Shown: positions 23,660 to 36,254 of the stretch, in pieces
How positions within the stretch are numbered: the stretch's first letter is position 1
How the letters are laid out: each line of letters begins with the position of its first letter
Source: Azolla caroliniana
Taxonomy: Eukaryota; Plantae; Polypodiophyta
DNA length: 64,000 nt
Direction of reading: 5' to 3'
Assembly: GCA_043228905.1 (NCBI GenBank)
Contig: JBHGNT010000001.1
Span: 17,794,001 to 17,858,000, forward strand
The notes under the pieces: model-generated
Told to the model about the DNA's origin: nothing
Database searches by the model: none
What the model saw: the letters and a program-made list of their open reading frames with translations, nothing else
Position numbers and translations under genes: made by a program

Positions 23660-24335
23660 TTCCTATTTATAGGGATTGACCACATTGGTTAAAGTAATCA
23701 CAGTCACTTTAACCAGGGTTGGCAAGCTTGAGGGTAGTTAGTTAGTAACCACAGTTACTTTAACCAAAGTTACTTAGGAATGCATCAATGATTAAATAGT
23801 CAAACTAACATATTAATGATTATTTTATAGTCAAACTAACATACAATTACTTTGAAGGTCATGAAGGAAACAATGATAGAGGTTCATGAATGAACCAATG
23901 ATTGATTACTCAAAGCAACATTTTTATGACTCTTAATTGTTTTGTATTAAAGATGTGGCCATGAATGAACCAATGATTGAAATGTCTTATATTTAAAATG
24001 GTGGGCATGAATGGACCAATGATTGAGAAGTTCTATATTAAATATGTGTGCCATTAATTAACCAATGATTTTAACTTTAAACCAACGTATATATGGCTTG
24101 GTAATGATTGTAATTATATTATACTTGATTTAACTTTATACAAACTAGTTTAAGTAATTATTAATATTTTGAATACAATTATGATATTAAAAATAATATC
24201 CTTATGTATTGGATTAATATAATATTAAATAATATAGACATTATATTGAGGGAGCTTCTATTTAGAGAGGAGTTTATGTTCAGAGTGGAGTTTATGTTTT
24301 GAGAGGAGTATATGTTTAGAGAGGAGTTTATCAGT
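23660..24335. promoter_or_regulatory. Divergent promoter region of the DNA transposon
   Basis: Minus-strand TATA (CCTATAAATAGG, 23662-23673) about 110 bp upstream of the cargo ATG. Four CCAATGATT boxes at about 23895-24070 and four GGAGT(T/A)TAT repeats at 24265-24332 upstream of the transposase. Confidence 0.55.
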
Positions 24336-24391
24336 TTTTTTTATGTTAGCCTAAGCACATAACTTAAAGAGCTCTGTGTGGACCTTAAGCC

Positions 24392-27178
24392 ATGAGTGAA
24401 GACTCACCGTTCTCGATTGAAGAATATTGTTTGTCATCAGACTCTTCGTTTTCTACCGAAGAGTATTGTTTGTCGACAGACTCACCATTTTCTATTGAAG
24501 AATATTGTCTGTCAACAGACTCACCATATTCTATCGAAGAATATTGTCTCAGCTCATCTTCACCTACAACGAATGTGAATAATGACACATGTGAAGAGTT
24601 CTCTATTGAAGAATACGATATTAATAAAGATACGGAGAATGAAGGTAGTGCCAATGAAACATCAAATATCATGGGTGATGGTCACAACAAAGAATTGGAT
24701 AGTAACAAGGTTACACCAACTTCTATGTAGGAAGAGAAATCTGGAAGCCCTATGCATATTAGAAGAATCCCACAAAGAATTCGTCTGGCTAGATTTAACT
24801 TGGTGACATCAGATAAACAGATTGGATTTGATGTCACAAAAATATGTTGTACCCGTGGTTGTATGTCTATGATTGGAAAATCAAAGTTGCGAGAATTAAG
24901 GCGATATTATTTTTCAATGACTAGTGATGAGCAAGACACTTACCCCGGGTCACATATGCAACTAGTGTCTGACAAATGTACGGGGATCAAAGTATCATAC
25001 AAGTATTATATCTTCCATGCACAACAGATATGTAGAGTTGCATTCAAAATTGTGTTATGTGTTAGTAACATGCGGCTACATAGAGTACAACAACGTCTAC
25101 TGAGCAGGGATCTGATGCTCAATTGTAAAGAGGTTCCAAGTATGAAAGGTGCAATTGGAAGATATGATATTGGCTGGATGAAAAGTTACTTTCAGTTAAA
25201 TTGTGAAGTAATGCCCACTATAGGTAGGATGCACCTCTCTGATAATTACACACGTCGGGAAGTTTATGATGTCTATCGATCTGATATGGTGGGCTCACGT
25301 AATAACTTTGTCTCATATAGCCAATTCACAAGATTATGAAGAGCTCGGTTTTCAAATGTTATTATTCCACGTAAAGTACGCATGGGGTATTGCTCCATTT
25401 GTGCAAATCTTAAAAGTTTGGCTAAAGGTGCAAAGACATCAATGGAAAAGGATATGAGTAAGAAGTTACTATAGGAGCATCGTGAGGCACAATCGTTAGA
25501 ATGAAAGAAGGAGATACATCATAGAGAGAAGTGTTTGAAGAGGCCCGAACAATACATGTGCTTAATGATAGATGGTATGGACCAGAAGAAGACGTGCTTG
25601 CCGCATATGCGGAGGCTCCCCAAAGACGTCAATGATGAGTGCCTTGTTCAAATGCACTTGGTGGGATGCTTGGCTTATAATAAGTCAGTTGGACCTCACG
25701 TCTTCATTACATACCCCAATGTTCACAATGACCCTAACCTAACAGTTACAGTGATTCACCAAGTTTTGATGTCTTGGGGCCAACCATTCCCCCATGTTCT
25801 ATACATTCAATTGGACAATACTGCTAGAGAGAACAAAAATTCAACTGTGTTTGGCTATCTAAGTATGTTGGTCAACCAAGGATTGTTTAGAAAAGTGAAA
25901 GTCAATTTTCTTTTGTTTGGCCACACACATGATCATATATATCAGATGTTTAGCACATTCTCCAGACAGTTGTCTCGGCATGATGCTTTCACATTACCAA
26001 AACTATTTGATGTCATTTGTGATGCATATACACCACGCCCAAAAGTGTTACACTTGAAGGAGGTATATGACTTTAAGAGATATATATCAAATGGGGGTGT
26101 TGGGAATGTTAAAGTGCTCGCCCAGTTAAACAATATAAGCTTCAATCACATTTTTATGATAAAGAAAAATGAAACAAGTGGTTCTACTCTTTTGTATGCT
26201 AAACAATATTCATCTTCTACAACATGGGAACCTGAAGGTGGTTGCCAGTTATTACTTTGTATGCCGAGTACAATTGTCCATGGAGCTAAACAAATGCCGA
26301 TTGAGAAGAAAGGACAGTTGCATAGTGACTTCGTATTGGAACAAAAGCGTTTATGGCTCCAAGCCTTAGAAGCAAAAAGAAAGCATATTGAGGCCGCCAA
26401 GAAATATGTCGCACAACAAGACACGTCATGGTGGGATGTATTTTTTAATGATCATAAAGGAATTACAGACAATTGTGTATTTGGTGATAATTGGAATTTG
26501 GAAACGCCATTCACATGGTCGTTGCAACATGATCGTGTAAATAAAACTCTGGAGCAACCAGCAAATGCGATTAATGACAATTTGGTCCATCCACAACAAA
26601 GAGACATTTATGTGGGACCAAGGATGACCAAAGCAGCCGAAGCTAGATGGCAAGGCAATTTGCAAGAGCTCGCGGTGGGGATGTTGATTGCAATGCTGAC
26701 TAATGAGAACTCACATGGCCACCAATTTTGGGTTGGTAAAATTCTAGAAGTGCTAATGCATGAAATAGAAAACACGATCAAGTCTATAAACGTTCATTGG
26801 TACAACACTAGAAGTGCAAATGCTTTTACAGGTAAGTATACATTGGAGATGATTGAATGCCCAACAACAAGAGGAGGTAGGAAGAGGAAGCGAAACATTC
26901 GTAACACCTCGACCCTTGATATCTCTAATGTGGATATCATCGTGTATGACTTCACGCTTACAAAAGTCGGACAATTAAGGAAGTCAACAATAGATATAAT
27001 AAAAGAAAAATTACTAGGTCTACAAGCTGGCTCAAGTTGAAGGCAAACGAGATCTGCTACATATAATCTAGAGTCAAACCATTTGGTTTATGACGAAGAT
27101 AATGCATTGATTGGTACATCCGAGGATGACGAGGAGGAATCCTCATTGTATATTAGTTATAGTAGTGATTCTCCGTAA
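24392..27178 (+). pseudogene. DDE-type DNA transposase (about 928 codons; DGMDQ / QLDN..ENKN / GHTH family), five in-frame nonsense codons
   Basis: ORFs 24392, 24752 and 25535 share one frame. Cys motifs CCTRGC, ICRVAF and CSIC; catalytic-type motifs LMIDGMDQKKT, LYIQLDNTARENKN and FLLFGHTHDHIYQMFS. Lies between TIRs. Confidence 0.88.
24398..24555 (+). repeat. 42-bp coding tandem repeat (about 4x S(S/T)DSPFSIEEYCL) at the transposase N-terminus
   Basis: GACTCACCATTTTCTATTGAAGAATATTGTCTGTC-like unit repeated. Confidence 0.85.
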
Positions 27179-29073
27179 AGGATTGATCATGAATGTATTT
27201 AAGTGTAACTACATTTCGCTTGTAACAAATTGAGTAATATAAAAGCATGTGTTTTGAATTCTTATGATTTCTAAAAAATAGTTTCTTATAAAATAACATT
27301 GGTTTTAAAGTTTGTGATATAAATTGAGAATGTAACTTTTTGAAATTCCTCTTTTTTTATTTACTTCTAAATCACGAATATAGTGGATTTTAAACCTTTT
27401 TCATAGTATATTTGAACATGTATGATACTGGTATCAATGTGTTTTGTAAAATCATTGAAAAAGCCCTAAAATCAACCCAAATATTCCTTATCCTTCCATT
27501 TATGCGCGATCCTTCCACTTGTGAACGCGAACGTGTTTTTGTAATAATTTTCTAATATGAATAGTTGCATTATGACTAGATATGTCGTTTAGGATTAGTG
27601 TTTGAATAGACATGTCGATCCGGAATGGCGGCGTATGTAATCTCACATGCTCACCTATAAAAAAAGGGCATGAACATTGTAATCATTTATCTGTTAATGA
27701 AAGATTGAGTGTCATTCTTATTTTGCCTATAGTACCATCTTATCATTGTGTTATTCTTTCATAAGCGTTTAACTCTTATGGGACAGACCAAACTTCAATG
27801 AAGTAGATCTGGATCGTAGACATAAGGACACTTGTGATTCCAACGCAGATAATGAAAGATCATCCGAATTCTATTTATACTTAATTCTAGTTATTGTTAA
27901 GATCCAATTGCGGTTTGGCAATTATCACCACCCCTCCTACCATGATCTTTGGTAAAGGTTAGCCAAGGATTGGGTATCCAACCCACGAACCTGGAGATTA
28001 GGAACAGACTAAACCAAAGAGCTATGAGTAAGCTCGAGGAAAGCCTGAATGGGAAGAAACTATTTAGGAAGTAAATAGAAGCCATAAGACAAAACCGATT
28101 GTAAGATTTTGATCCATTACCACAGAAAAGAAAGGAAGTTTCATGCAAGAGGGTTTACAAAGTGAAGAATATGCATATAAAGGGGAAGATGAAAGAAATC
28201 TTGACAAGTTGCAAAACATTATGCCCAATTTCCCCAATGTCCATAATGGAAACCATTTGCACATATTGAGCTTGGATAACCTTTTAGGTTGCAGAATGCC
28301 CTTTATAATGTAAAGCAAGAATTGTGGCATGCCACTATTAATTGAAAAAGAACTTAGAGCATATAAAAAATTCCACATGTCAATATCTAATCACTCATGT
28401 ACACTCAAGAAGACAGTCAGGGAATAATATTCACCACAATATGTGTTGATGAACTCATTATAAGATGATATGTGGTAGAGCATATACATAAGGAAAATGG
28501 CATATTGGAAGAAAAGTTCAAGATAAAGGAGCTTGGAGAACTTCATTAATGCTTAGCCATCAAGATAATAATTTGCACATCAGATACAACATGGTTGTCA
28601 CAACAACATTACTCAATGAAAATTCTCGTGAATCATGCAATGATGGAGTGTACAGAGGTACCTACTCCCTTGAAACTGAATGTAATGTTTTGAGTAGAAA
28701 ATGGAGGGAAGTTGCTTGATTTACTCCACTATAACCAAATACCCAAGTAGGACTATTACCTCTATATTACCAAAATTAGGCCCAATTTGACCTCATAGAG
28801 AAAATATAAATATCAATTCAGGCACCATTACAACCCCCTAGTTAAAACATCCATCTCGTAGGAATGTCGTCAACAAAACTACTAGATTTTGTTTTTTTAT
28901 ATTTGCATTTGTCCATGGATAAGTTATTTTCAAACGAATGTCCTACATGTTGGCCATCCATCTGACAAGTTTTATAAATAGACCATTTATAAGGAAATGT
29001 TGTAATGGAACTATTTTATTACAAGTTGAATTTTTGGCATTTTGAATTAGTTGTTCCATATAGTATAACTAAC

Positions 29074-29962
29074 GAGAAAGCACTAGAATTAAGATTTAAT
29101 GAAGTTTTGAGGCACAACTATGCAACGAACACAATATCTTAGAAGATAAAGAAGTAGTTGATTGTAACATCAATAGTAATGATTGAAGGGAAAGACAGAA
29201 TACTAGTGTATGACTAATCCAACCGTTTTCATAAAGATTGTTTTCCACTAGAAGTCACATGTTCGTGAGTGGAACTGCTAGGGTTATTCACCAAGAACTA
29301 GATTAAGACATAATGAGAAAGCAGTGGAATTAAGATTTAATGAAGTTTTGAGGTACAATTGTGCAAACCAACACAATATCTTAGATTTTTGAAGTAGAAG
29401 ATAAAGAATTAGTTGATTGTAAGATCAATAGTAACGACCGAAGGGAAAGATAGAATACTAGTGCATGACTAATCCAACCGATTTCGTAAAGATTGTTTTC
29501 CACTACAAGTCACATGTTCATGAGTGGAACTGCTAGGGTTATTCACCAAGAACAAGATTAAGACATAATGAGAAAGTAGTAGAATTAAGATTTAATGAAG
29601 TTTTGTGGCACAACTATGCAACAAACACAATATCTTAGATTTTTGAAGTAGAAGATAAAGAGTAAGTTGATTGTAAGATCAATTGTAACGATTGAAGGGA
29701 AATATAGAATACTAATGTATGACTAATCCAACCGGTTTCATAAAAATTGTTTTCCACTAGGAGTCACATGTTTGCGAGTGGAAGGGGTTATTCACCAAGA
29801 ATTGGATTAAGACGTAATGAGAAAGTAGTAGAATTAAGATTTAATGAAGTTTTGAGGCACAACTGTGCAACGAACACAACATCTTAGATTTTTGAAGTAG
29901 AATATAAAGAATAAGTTGATTGTAAGATCAATAGTACTGATTGAAGGGAAAGATAGAATACT
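29074..29962 (+). repeat. Tandem repeat, about 250-bp unit x3.6
   Basis: Units start GAGAAAG.A...GAATTAAGATTTAATGAAGTTTTG at 29074, 29315, 29570 and 29819. Confidence 0.92.
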
Positions 29963-32754
29963 ATGATTGATTGTAGGATAAAAAAAGAATAGAAGTAGAT
30001 TGATTATAGGATCAATTAAAAGAAGCTTGATTATAAATTTTTTGAGCCTAATAAAATGGTAAAATTCCCCCATGATGTTAAATATCTCTATTCATATATT
30101 TCGTTAATAGCTTTAGTTAGGTGGAGTATGCTTTTTCTTTGATTATCTTTAGCGTTATTTTAAAAGAAGATGATGTGTTACACTATTACCCTTGTGGCAC
30201 CTTTAGTGTGAATACACTAATATTTTACTATGTTACAAAATTGTGTGATGTACATATGTGCACATTTGTTGCCTCAACTTATCTTCTTTACGCGACATCC
30301 ATTCGTTCATGACCATAACACTTTAGTATTGGTGTACAATATGTGGCGAAAACAACACAATGCTAGTGTGTTTAGTTGTGTCCAACTTGTATAGATGCCA
30401 TGTTCGGGCTTAACTTTGAACCTGTGTGTCGCTCGTGTGATCTTCAAAACATGGGGCACCTTCTACCTTAATGAATTTGTGGTCAACCCTCTCAAGTGAG
30501 TAGTTGAGTCGGGCAAGTGTTGCCCAATAAACAACCAAATGTGTTTGATTGCCTATTGGAATAGACTCTTGTGGCCAAAATCTTCCACTACACCCCACAA
30601 CAACAAGTAGTCACATATAATCTTGACGGTAAAGGTGATGTGATTATTTGACTCTTAAGTAAGCTAGGAACAAAATTCTCTTATTATTAACCATGGTAAA
30701 GTTATAATCACATAGAAGATAAGCAAGTTTATAACTTCAATTTCCCTTTGCATGCATTTTCTTCTAGCAATAAGTTTCATAGATTGGGGCAGTTGATATT
30801 CACGAAGGTGAGATCCCCCTTTCAACATTAGTAGTTCTTAAAACATTCCAACGCTAAAGGTATCACACATGTAATAAGCACTTCTCATTTGACTATTTTA
30901 CATTCATAAAAGATTACACTATCGTGTTGTGGTAAAGCTTATGGGTCTATAACCGTCAAATTGTGAATTCAAATTCAAATTAATAGATCGAAATTGTGAA
31001 TTAAAATCAGGTTGATAGATCTAGTGTCACATTCTTCATGTTTCTACTTTGGGATCATCTACATTAATGATTCCTTAACTTGGCACAAGTTGAGGGTTGG
31101 AAAAGATAAATAGTAATGCATGTGACATATACTTTTTGTTGACCGAAGAAAGTGCTAAAACTATCTCACATTCTCCTACGATTTGTGATTTCCTCACGTA
31201 GAAATGTTAGATGTTGAAGAAATAGATAAAACAAGGTTGTCAACACCATTTGCATTAGAAAATTGGGGTACATGGATCATAATGAGAGACGACAATGTGC
31301 CCAATCTAATACCAATTAATTTGCCTCAAGGAATAGAAAATATATCATAGCATCTTGTTTGTTGGGTCACAAAATTTGTCTAGCTTGATAGACTACGAAT
31401 CAAGCTACATATATTTTCTATTCTTATCATTCCAATGGGCCATGCTAGCTCAAAAGTGATTAAGATTCCTCTTTTAAACTATTGTGAGGTGAAAGGGTGA
31501 GCATCTTTCATGACAATAATGACTTCCAATATTGACAACAACAAAAAGAAACCAAACCCGAACATTCAGTATGCATCGAAAGGAACTTTTGAACCACTTA
31601 TTGTGCAAAATGGAAACTAATGCATAGAGGTAGGTAGCTATCTACTACATTTGCATACCAGTAATACAAGTCAATAAATGCTAACGTGATATATATTAGT
31701 TGATATATTGAGTGTTCATCAACCCTGGTATGTTATGGTTTATTTACCCTAAATTGTTATGTAACCAAATCCTAGTTAAAAATGGGGTTTCTATGCACCT
31801 ACCACCCCATCTATAGTATGAGCCATATTCATTTGAAAACCAAATCCCAATTCCGTTAAGGTATTCAAAGAATGGTCATATTGCCAAAATGTTGTAAGAA
31901 TATCCATGTACTTGTACAATGTATGTGGGAATTCCACTTGCATAATATTTACTACATTAAAATGTCAAGTCAAACATTCTATGTGGGGCTATTCAAAATT
32001 ACAAAATCAAGTTGAATATTAATATACAATTTGCAAGCATGTGAGAGATACTTATAACATGTTTTAATACTTTAGCTTCAAAATGGTAATCCCTACATTA
32101 CCACCAAAAATATAAATGACAAACACTATTGCAAGATTTGTATTGTAATCATAATAATTAAGAACTAGTTGAACTTGTGAAATGCCTAGTTTCATTCAAT
32201 TTTTCGTTTTAGAGTCAACAAAGTATTCTTTCCTTGTATTCATACGTGTGCTAAAATCTTCTTCTAAGTTTATTAGTATATATTCACACAATGTTTCCAC
32301 TACGCACACTTGTATTTATTACCAATACCATTGACACCCAATGTAACCTGCATCTAATGTAACAAGCTTGATCTTATCCCTTTATTCCTGAGGATTGGCA
32401 TTATAACAATTAAACTAGACACTTTCAAATGGATCCATAAGCATTACAACTCTGTGCAACAATCTAGACACAATGATTAAAAAGGTATCCTTGTCCTATA
32501 ATTTGACATGCTATGTTTGCAAAGTTCCATTATTAAATACACTTTTTAATATTCAACATCTTAAAAATATTGTGGACATTGATGCTAATACATATTACAC
32601 TGAATTACATGATATTGACCACACTTGCAAAAATGAGTTTGAATCTAGAACGTATTATAAAGCACACATTCTTCATGGTGAAGGAAGAGCTTTGCTATTA
32701 GTTATAAAACCCTCACCATGCATGTTTTACATTAGAAGTTATGGTCACGCATAA

Positions 32755-32920
32755 CAGTCGACAACGGTTTGGTATGAACAGAACCAAACCGCGGAACGAC
32801 GGCTTAACGGTTCAAACGGTTCGGTTCGGTTTAGGGTTTAGGGTTTTTTTAATGGTTCAGATCGGTTTGGGGGGTGAATGGTCGGTTCGATTCACTTTCA
32901 ACGATTAGAAACTATGGTTT
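32755..32920. repeat. CGGTT/AACCG-rich segment, possible subterminal end of a decayed DNA transposon
   Basis: Dense AACGGTT/TTCGGTT motifs, resembling hAT/MITE subterminal repeats. No partner end found. Confidence 0.35.
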
Positions 32921-33257
32921 AAACGGCTTGTTGAGAATCAAACTCAACTTCCTTAGTGTGGACATCCCACCTTGTATTATAAACAAAGTGTCATAGAAGA
33001 TTAGTTCCAGAACACATATTTAGTTGGTAGTTAACTCTCCACCTCTATTCCAAGTGGTGGTTGTAGTGAAAGAACATAGAGAGAAGGCGACGACATAATC
33101 ACCTTCTCCTTCTCTTTGTAACTGTTTGTTCATCTTGCTCCTTGTGAATACAATTTTTTCTTGTTTTCTGTATACCTTGTGTTCTGTCTGTATGTCTCTC
33201 TCTCTCTCACACACACACAGACACACATAAATCACTTCCGCTGCACAAAATCACGCC

Positions 33258-35181
33258 TTATTGTTTACACAGTTTATCCTCCATTGCAGTCCATTTGAAT
33301 GGTGTGCAGTGCACCACAACATGTAGCGACGTTGCGAAATCTGCCAAATAACGGAGCATACGGTTGTGCCAACGGATTTGTCCTAAAAAAAGGCTAAGGG
33401 CCTTTGCATTACTAGGGGTTTTAGCCTCGACAATGGCTTTGATTTTGCCGGGATCCACCGCAGTACCGTCCTTGCTCACTATGTGCCCGAAAAGGGCTCC
33501 GCTGGTAACCCCAAACACGCACTTGGCTGGACTGAGACGGTGCCGCGAAGTACGACATTGTTCTAAACATAGCCTTAGATGGCTCAAGTGATCCACTCAT
33601 GTCCCATAGACCACAAACTCATCGAGGAAGACTTGCATGAACGCAGGGATGATGTCGCCAAAAATCTCTCCAATGGCGCACGTTGGAACGTGGCTATAGC
33701 GGTTGTTAATCCGAACATCATTACCACCGCCATAAAGACGCCCCATTCAGTTACGAAAGTGGTTTTCTTCTGATCTTTTGGGTGCATGCATATTTGGTTA
33801 TACCCGCTAAACCCATACAGAGAACTATACATGTTGTGACCTGCGACCGTGTCTACACTATTCGTAAATGCCATGTGGCTTGCTTTACTGGACGAATAAA
33901 CCCAACTTTCAAGAGTTTGTCGATCTCCTCCTTTACGCGTGCTGTGTAATTCAGGTTCATACAATATCGTCTCTTCTGAATTGGTTTCGCATGTGTGGCC
34001 AAATTAATTTTGAGCTGGTAGAATTTTGGGCCTAACCCCTTCATGTCATCATGTGACCATGCGAAGACATCTTTAAACTCCCGTAATAAATTAGTCATGG
34101 CCATTTTTTCGCTTGGCATTAGATCCTTTGCAATTGTTAGTAGCCTTGGTGCCTTGGCTGACCCTACATTGATTTCCTCCAAGGTCGACGTTGTGACTCT
34201 ACGCGAGATTTCCATTTCCCTCTCGAATGCCTCCCATGCTTTGCTCAGTTCCAACACCAATTCCGGATCTGGTTCGTAGTCGTCTTCATTCGGAGCACTC
34301 GTTGGGATGTACTCGCTAGTTGTCTGGAGTACGTCTATCTCAAATAGCGGTACTATCCGTAGATTTTCATCCAAGTATGCCTCGAGTTCCTTATCCTCTA
34401 GCCCTTCGAGCATATTAATTTCTTCAGCGTAGAGAGGCGTTATTGTTTTTGTGGGGGCAGCGGTTTCCTGTGTCGGTACCCGGACCTTGCTTCGCCCTCA
34501 TCGGAAGCTAATGCAGTTGTGCTACTAGTTCTGCTTAATATTAGCAGAATGTAACCATGGTCTTCCTAACAACATAGGATACGTCGTGGCGCGTCCAAAG
34601 CCAATAGAATGACGGAAATTTCAAAGGTATGACCACCAATTACGATCCTTAGGTTCTTGGCGAACCCCAATGGTCTAACGGAACGAGTGTCTGCCATTCA
34701 GAGACAAAAGGGCATGCTTCCCATTTTGTAATACCGAGGCAGTTATATGTGGTTTTACTTATCACATTCACCCCGGACTTGCCATCGACAATGCATTCCG
34801 TGATTTCCTGCCCTTATAGCACCACCTTGATGGCTGGATTGTGATGATCAACCACGGTTGGGCCTGTGCTAGAGTCTGTATAATTGGCCGAAATCTCTAG
34901 GCCATCTATGCCCCACATCCAATTTTCTACGGCATGTTGGAATCTAGGGACAAGTCCTAATAATTTGTCCATGATCAGCGTAATTTCGCAATCGGCCAAT
35001 ATTTTCCATATCGGATTAAGCGTCAATACCATATCTTTTGTATGTGTGGTATTGTGGCCCGACTCTTGCGTCATGCGTTCCACGTTGGCTTTATTTGCCT
35101 TTTCTACCCAGGCATGTGCAGCTTTGCGAATCTCCTCTTGTTCCACCCAATCTGTGTTTTTCGCCTTAATGAGGTGCGGGT
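33258..35181 (-). pseudogene. Gypsy (Tat/Athila-like) pol remnant: protease, RT
   Basis: IVDGKSGVNVI protease; LLREFKDVFAWSHDDMKG; VKEEIDKLLKVGFIRPV; GFSGYNQI...KTTFVTEWG...MMFGL; KCVFGVTSGALFGHIVS. Confidence 0.85.
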
Positions 35182-35798
35182 CTTCTTTTTTCCCTTTATG
35201 GTGATAATACAATCTTCAATGACTTCTCCTTCATCCTTAGACACCACATAGAACAATTTCTTTTCCCTATCCCACGAAGATCTATCACGTGTTATGCTTT
35301 CCTCTTCTTGCTTGCCATTTTCGATAGATGTTTCTTCCTCCTTTATACATTTGATTACTCGTTGTAAATACAAGTCGTAGAAGATGTTAAACCACTTTGA
35401 TGGTGATAATTTCATGATACACCAATTCTGTATTACATGTAATTCATGCATCCAAGGTCTTACTAACACTAAGGAACAAGATGGCCCTTTAAGGAGTATT
35501 ACTTATAAATACATGGAAATAGACATGCCAAAACACGCAACAACAACATCCTCTATAACTTCAAAACAAGAGGCCAAATGCTTGTCAACTATGTCTACCC
35601 TTGTAGAGGACTTTTGATAGATAGGATTTCCAATCTTACTCACTATGACATTTGATGTAGGATCAATTCTAATACCCCTATCTACTAAGGCATCCTTAAT
35701 TAAAAGACCTTTAACAATTACCAAAATAGTGGGTTGAATATCCTTTCGATCTTTCACTTGCACAATCCTCGCACAATGAAATGTCTTTATACTTTGTT
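35182..35798 (-). repeat. Inverted diverged copy of 38120-38736 (protease region of element D)
   Basis: The rc matches AACAAAGTATAAAGACATT...GGAGAAGTCATTGAAGATTGTATTATCACCA.AAAGGGAAAAAAGAAG. Confidence 0.88.
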
Positions 35799-36254
35799 GT
35801 CATTGAGCACATTGAATGTACAGAGAGTTTTTAGTGTTTTGGAATACACACATTTTGTATGTCTGCTCTAACTCCGTCTCTCCCGTGTAAGGTTTCCATT
35901 AAACTTGTGTCTGTGTCTGTATTCTTTTGCCATCTGGACGAGCCGATTTTGTCTTAGCTTCCGTAATCGTATTCTTTTACATTATGAATCCTCCAAATTT
36001 CCTGCATCTTACCAAAGTTGGTTTGTAAACATGAACTCCATAATCGATGAACTTATCCTTAAGTAATGTTGTTGCCATGCCAATGCCCATGGCCAAAATT
36101 GTTTCCAGAACTTCAACATATAAGAAGATGACACATTACCTTCCTCCTAGTACTTTTTCCTATAGGTACCGACTCAATCGGATTCAAGAGAAAGATTCTA
36201 CCAAACTTCGTTTGTGTATTGTCAGACCTGGACAACTTCCAACCATAATCACTT

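Larger units (their letters stand above)
18313..27537. mobile_element. TIR DNA transposon (9.2 kb) with transposase and ParB-methyltransferase cargo gene
   Basis: Left end AACACGGTCGCGTTCACAAGTGGAAGGATTGTGC; right end rc AACACGTTCGCGTTCACAAGTGGAAGGATCGCGC (31/34 match). Candidate 4-bp TSD TTTG at 18309-18312 and 27538-27541. Encloses two divergent genes. Confidence 0.92.

Noticed and set aside
32829-32843. Interstitial telomere (TTTAGGG)2
   Set aside because: Only two units, too short to be meaningful.
32929-33255. Solo LTR
   Set aside because: It has a TG start and LTR-like composition, but no CA end with a TSD and no partner in the window.
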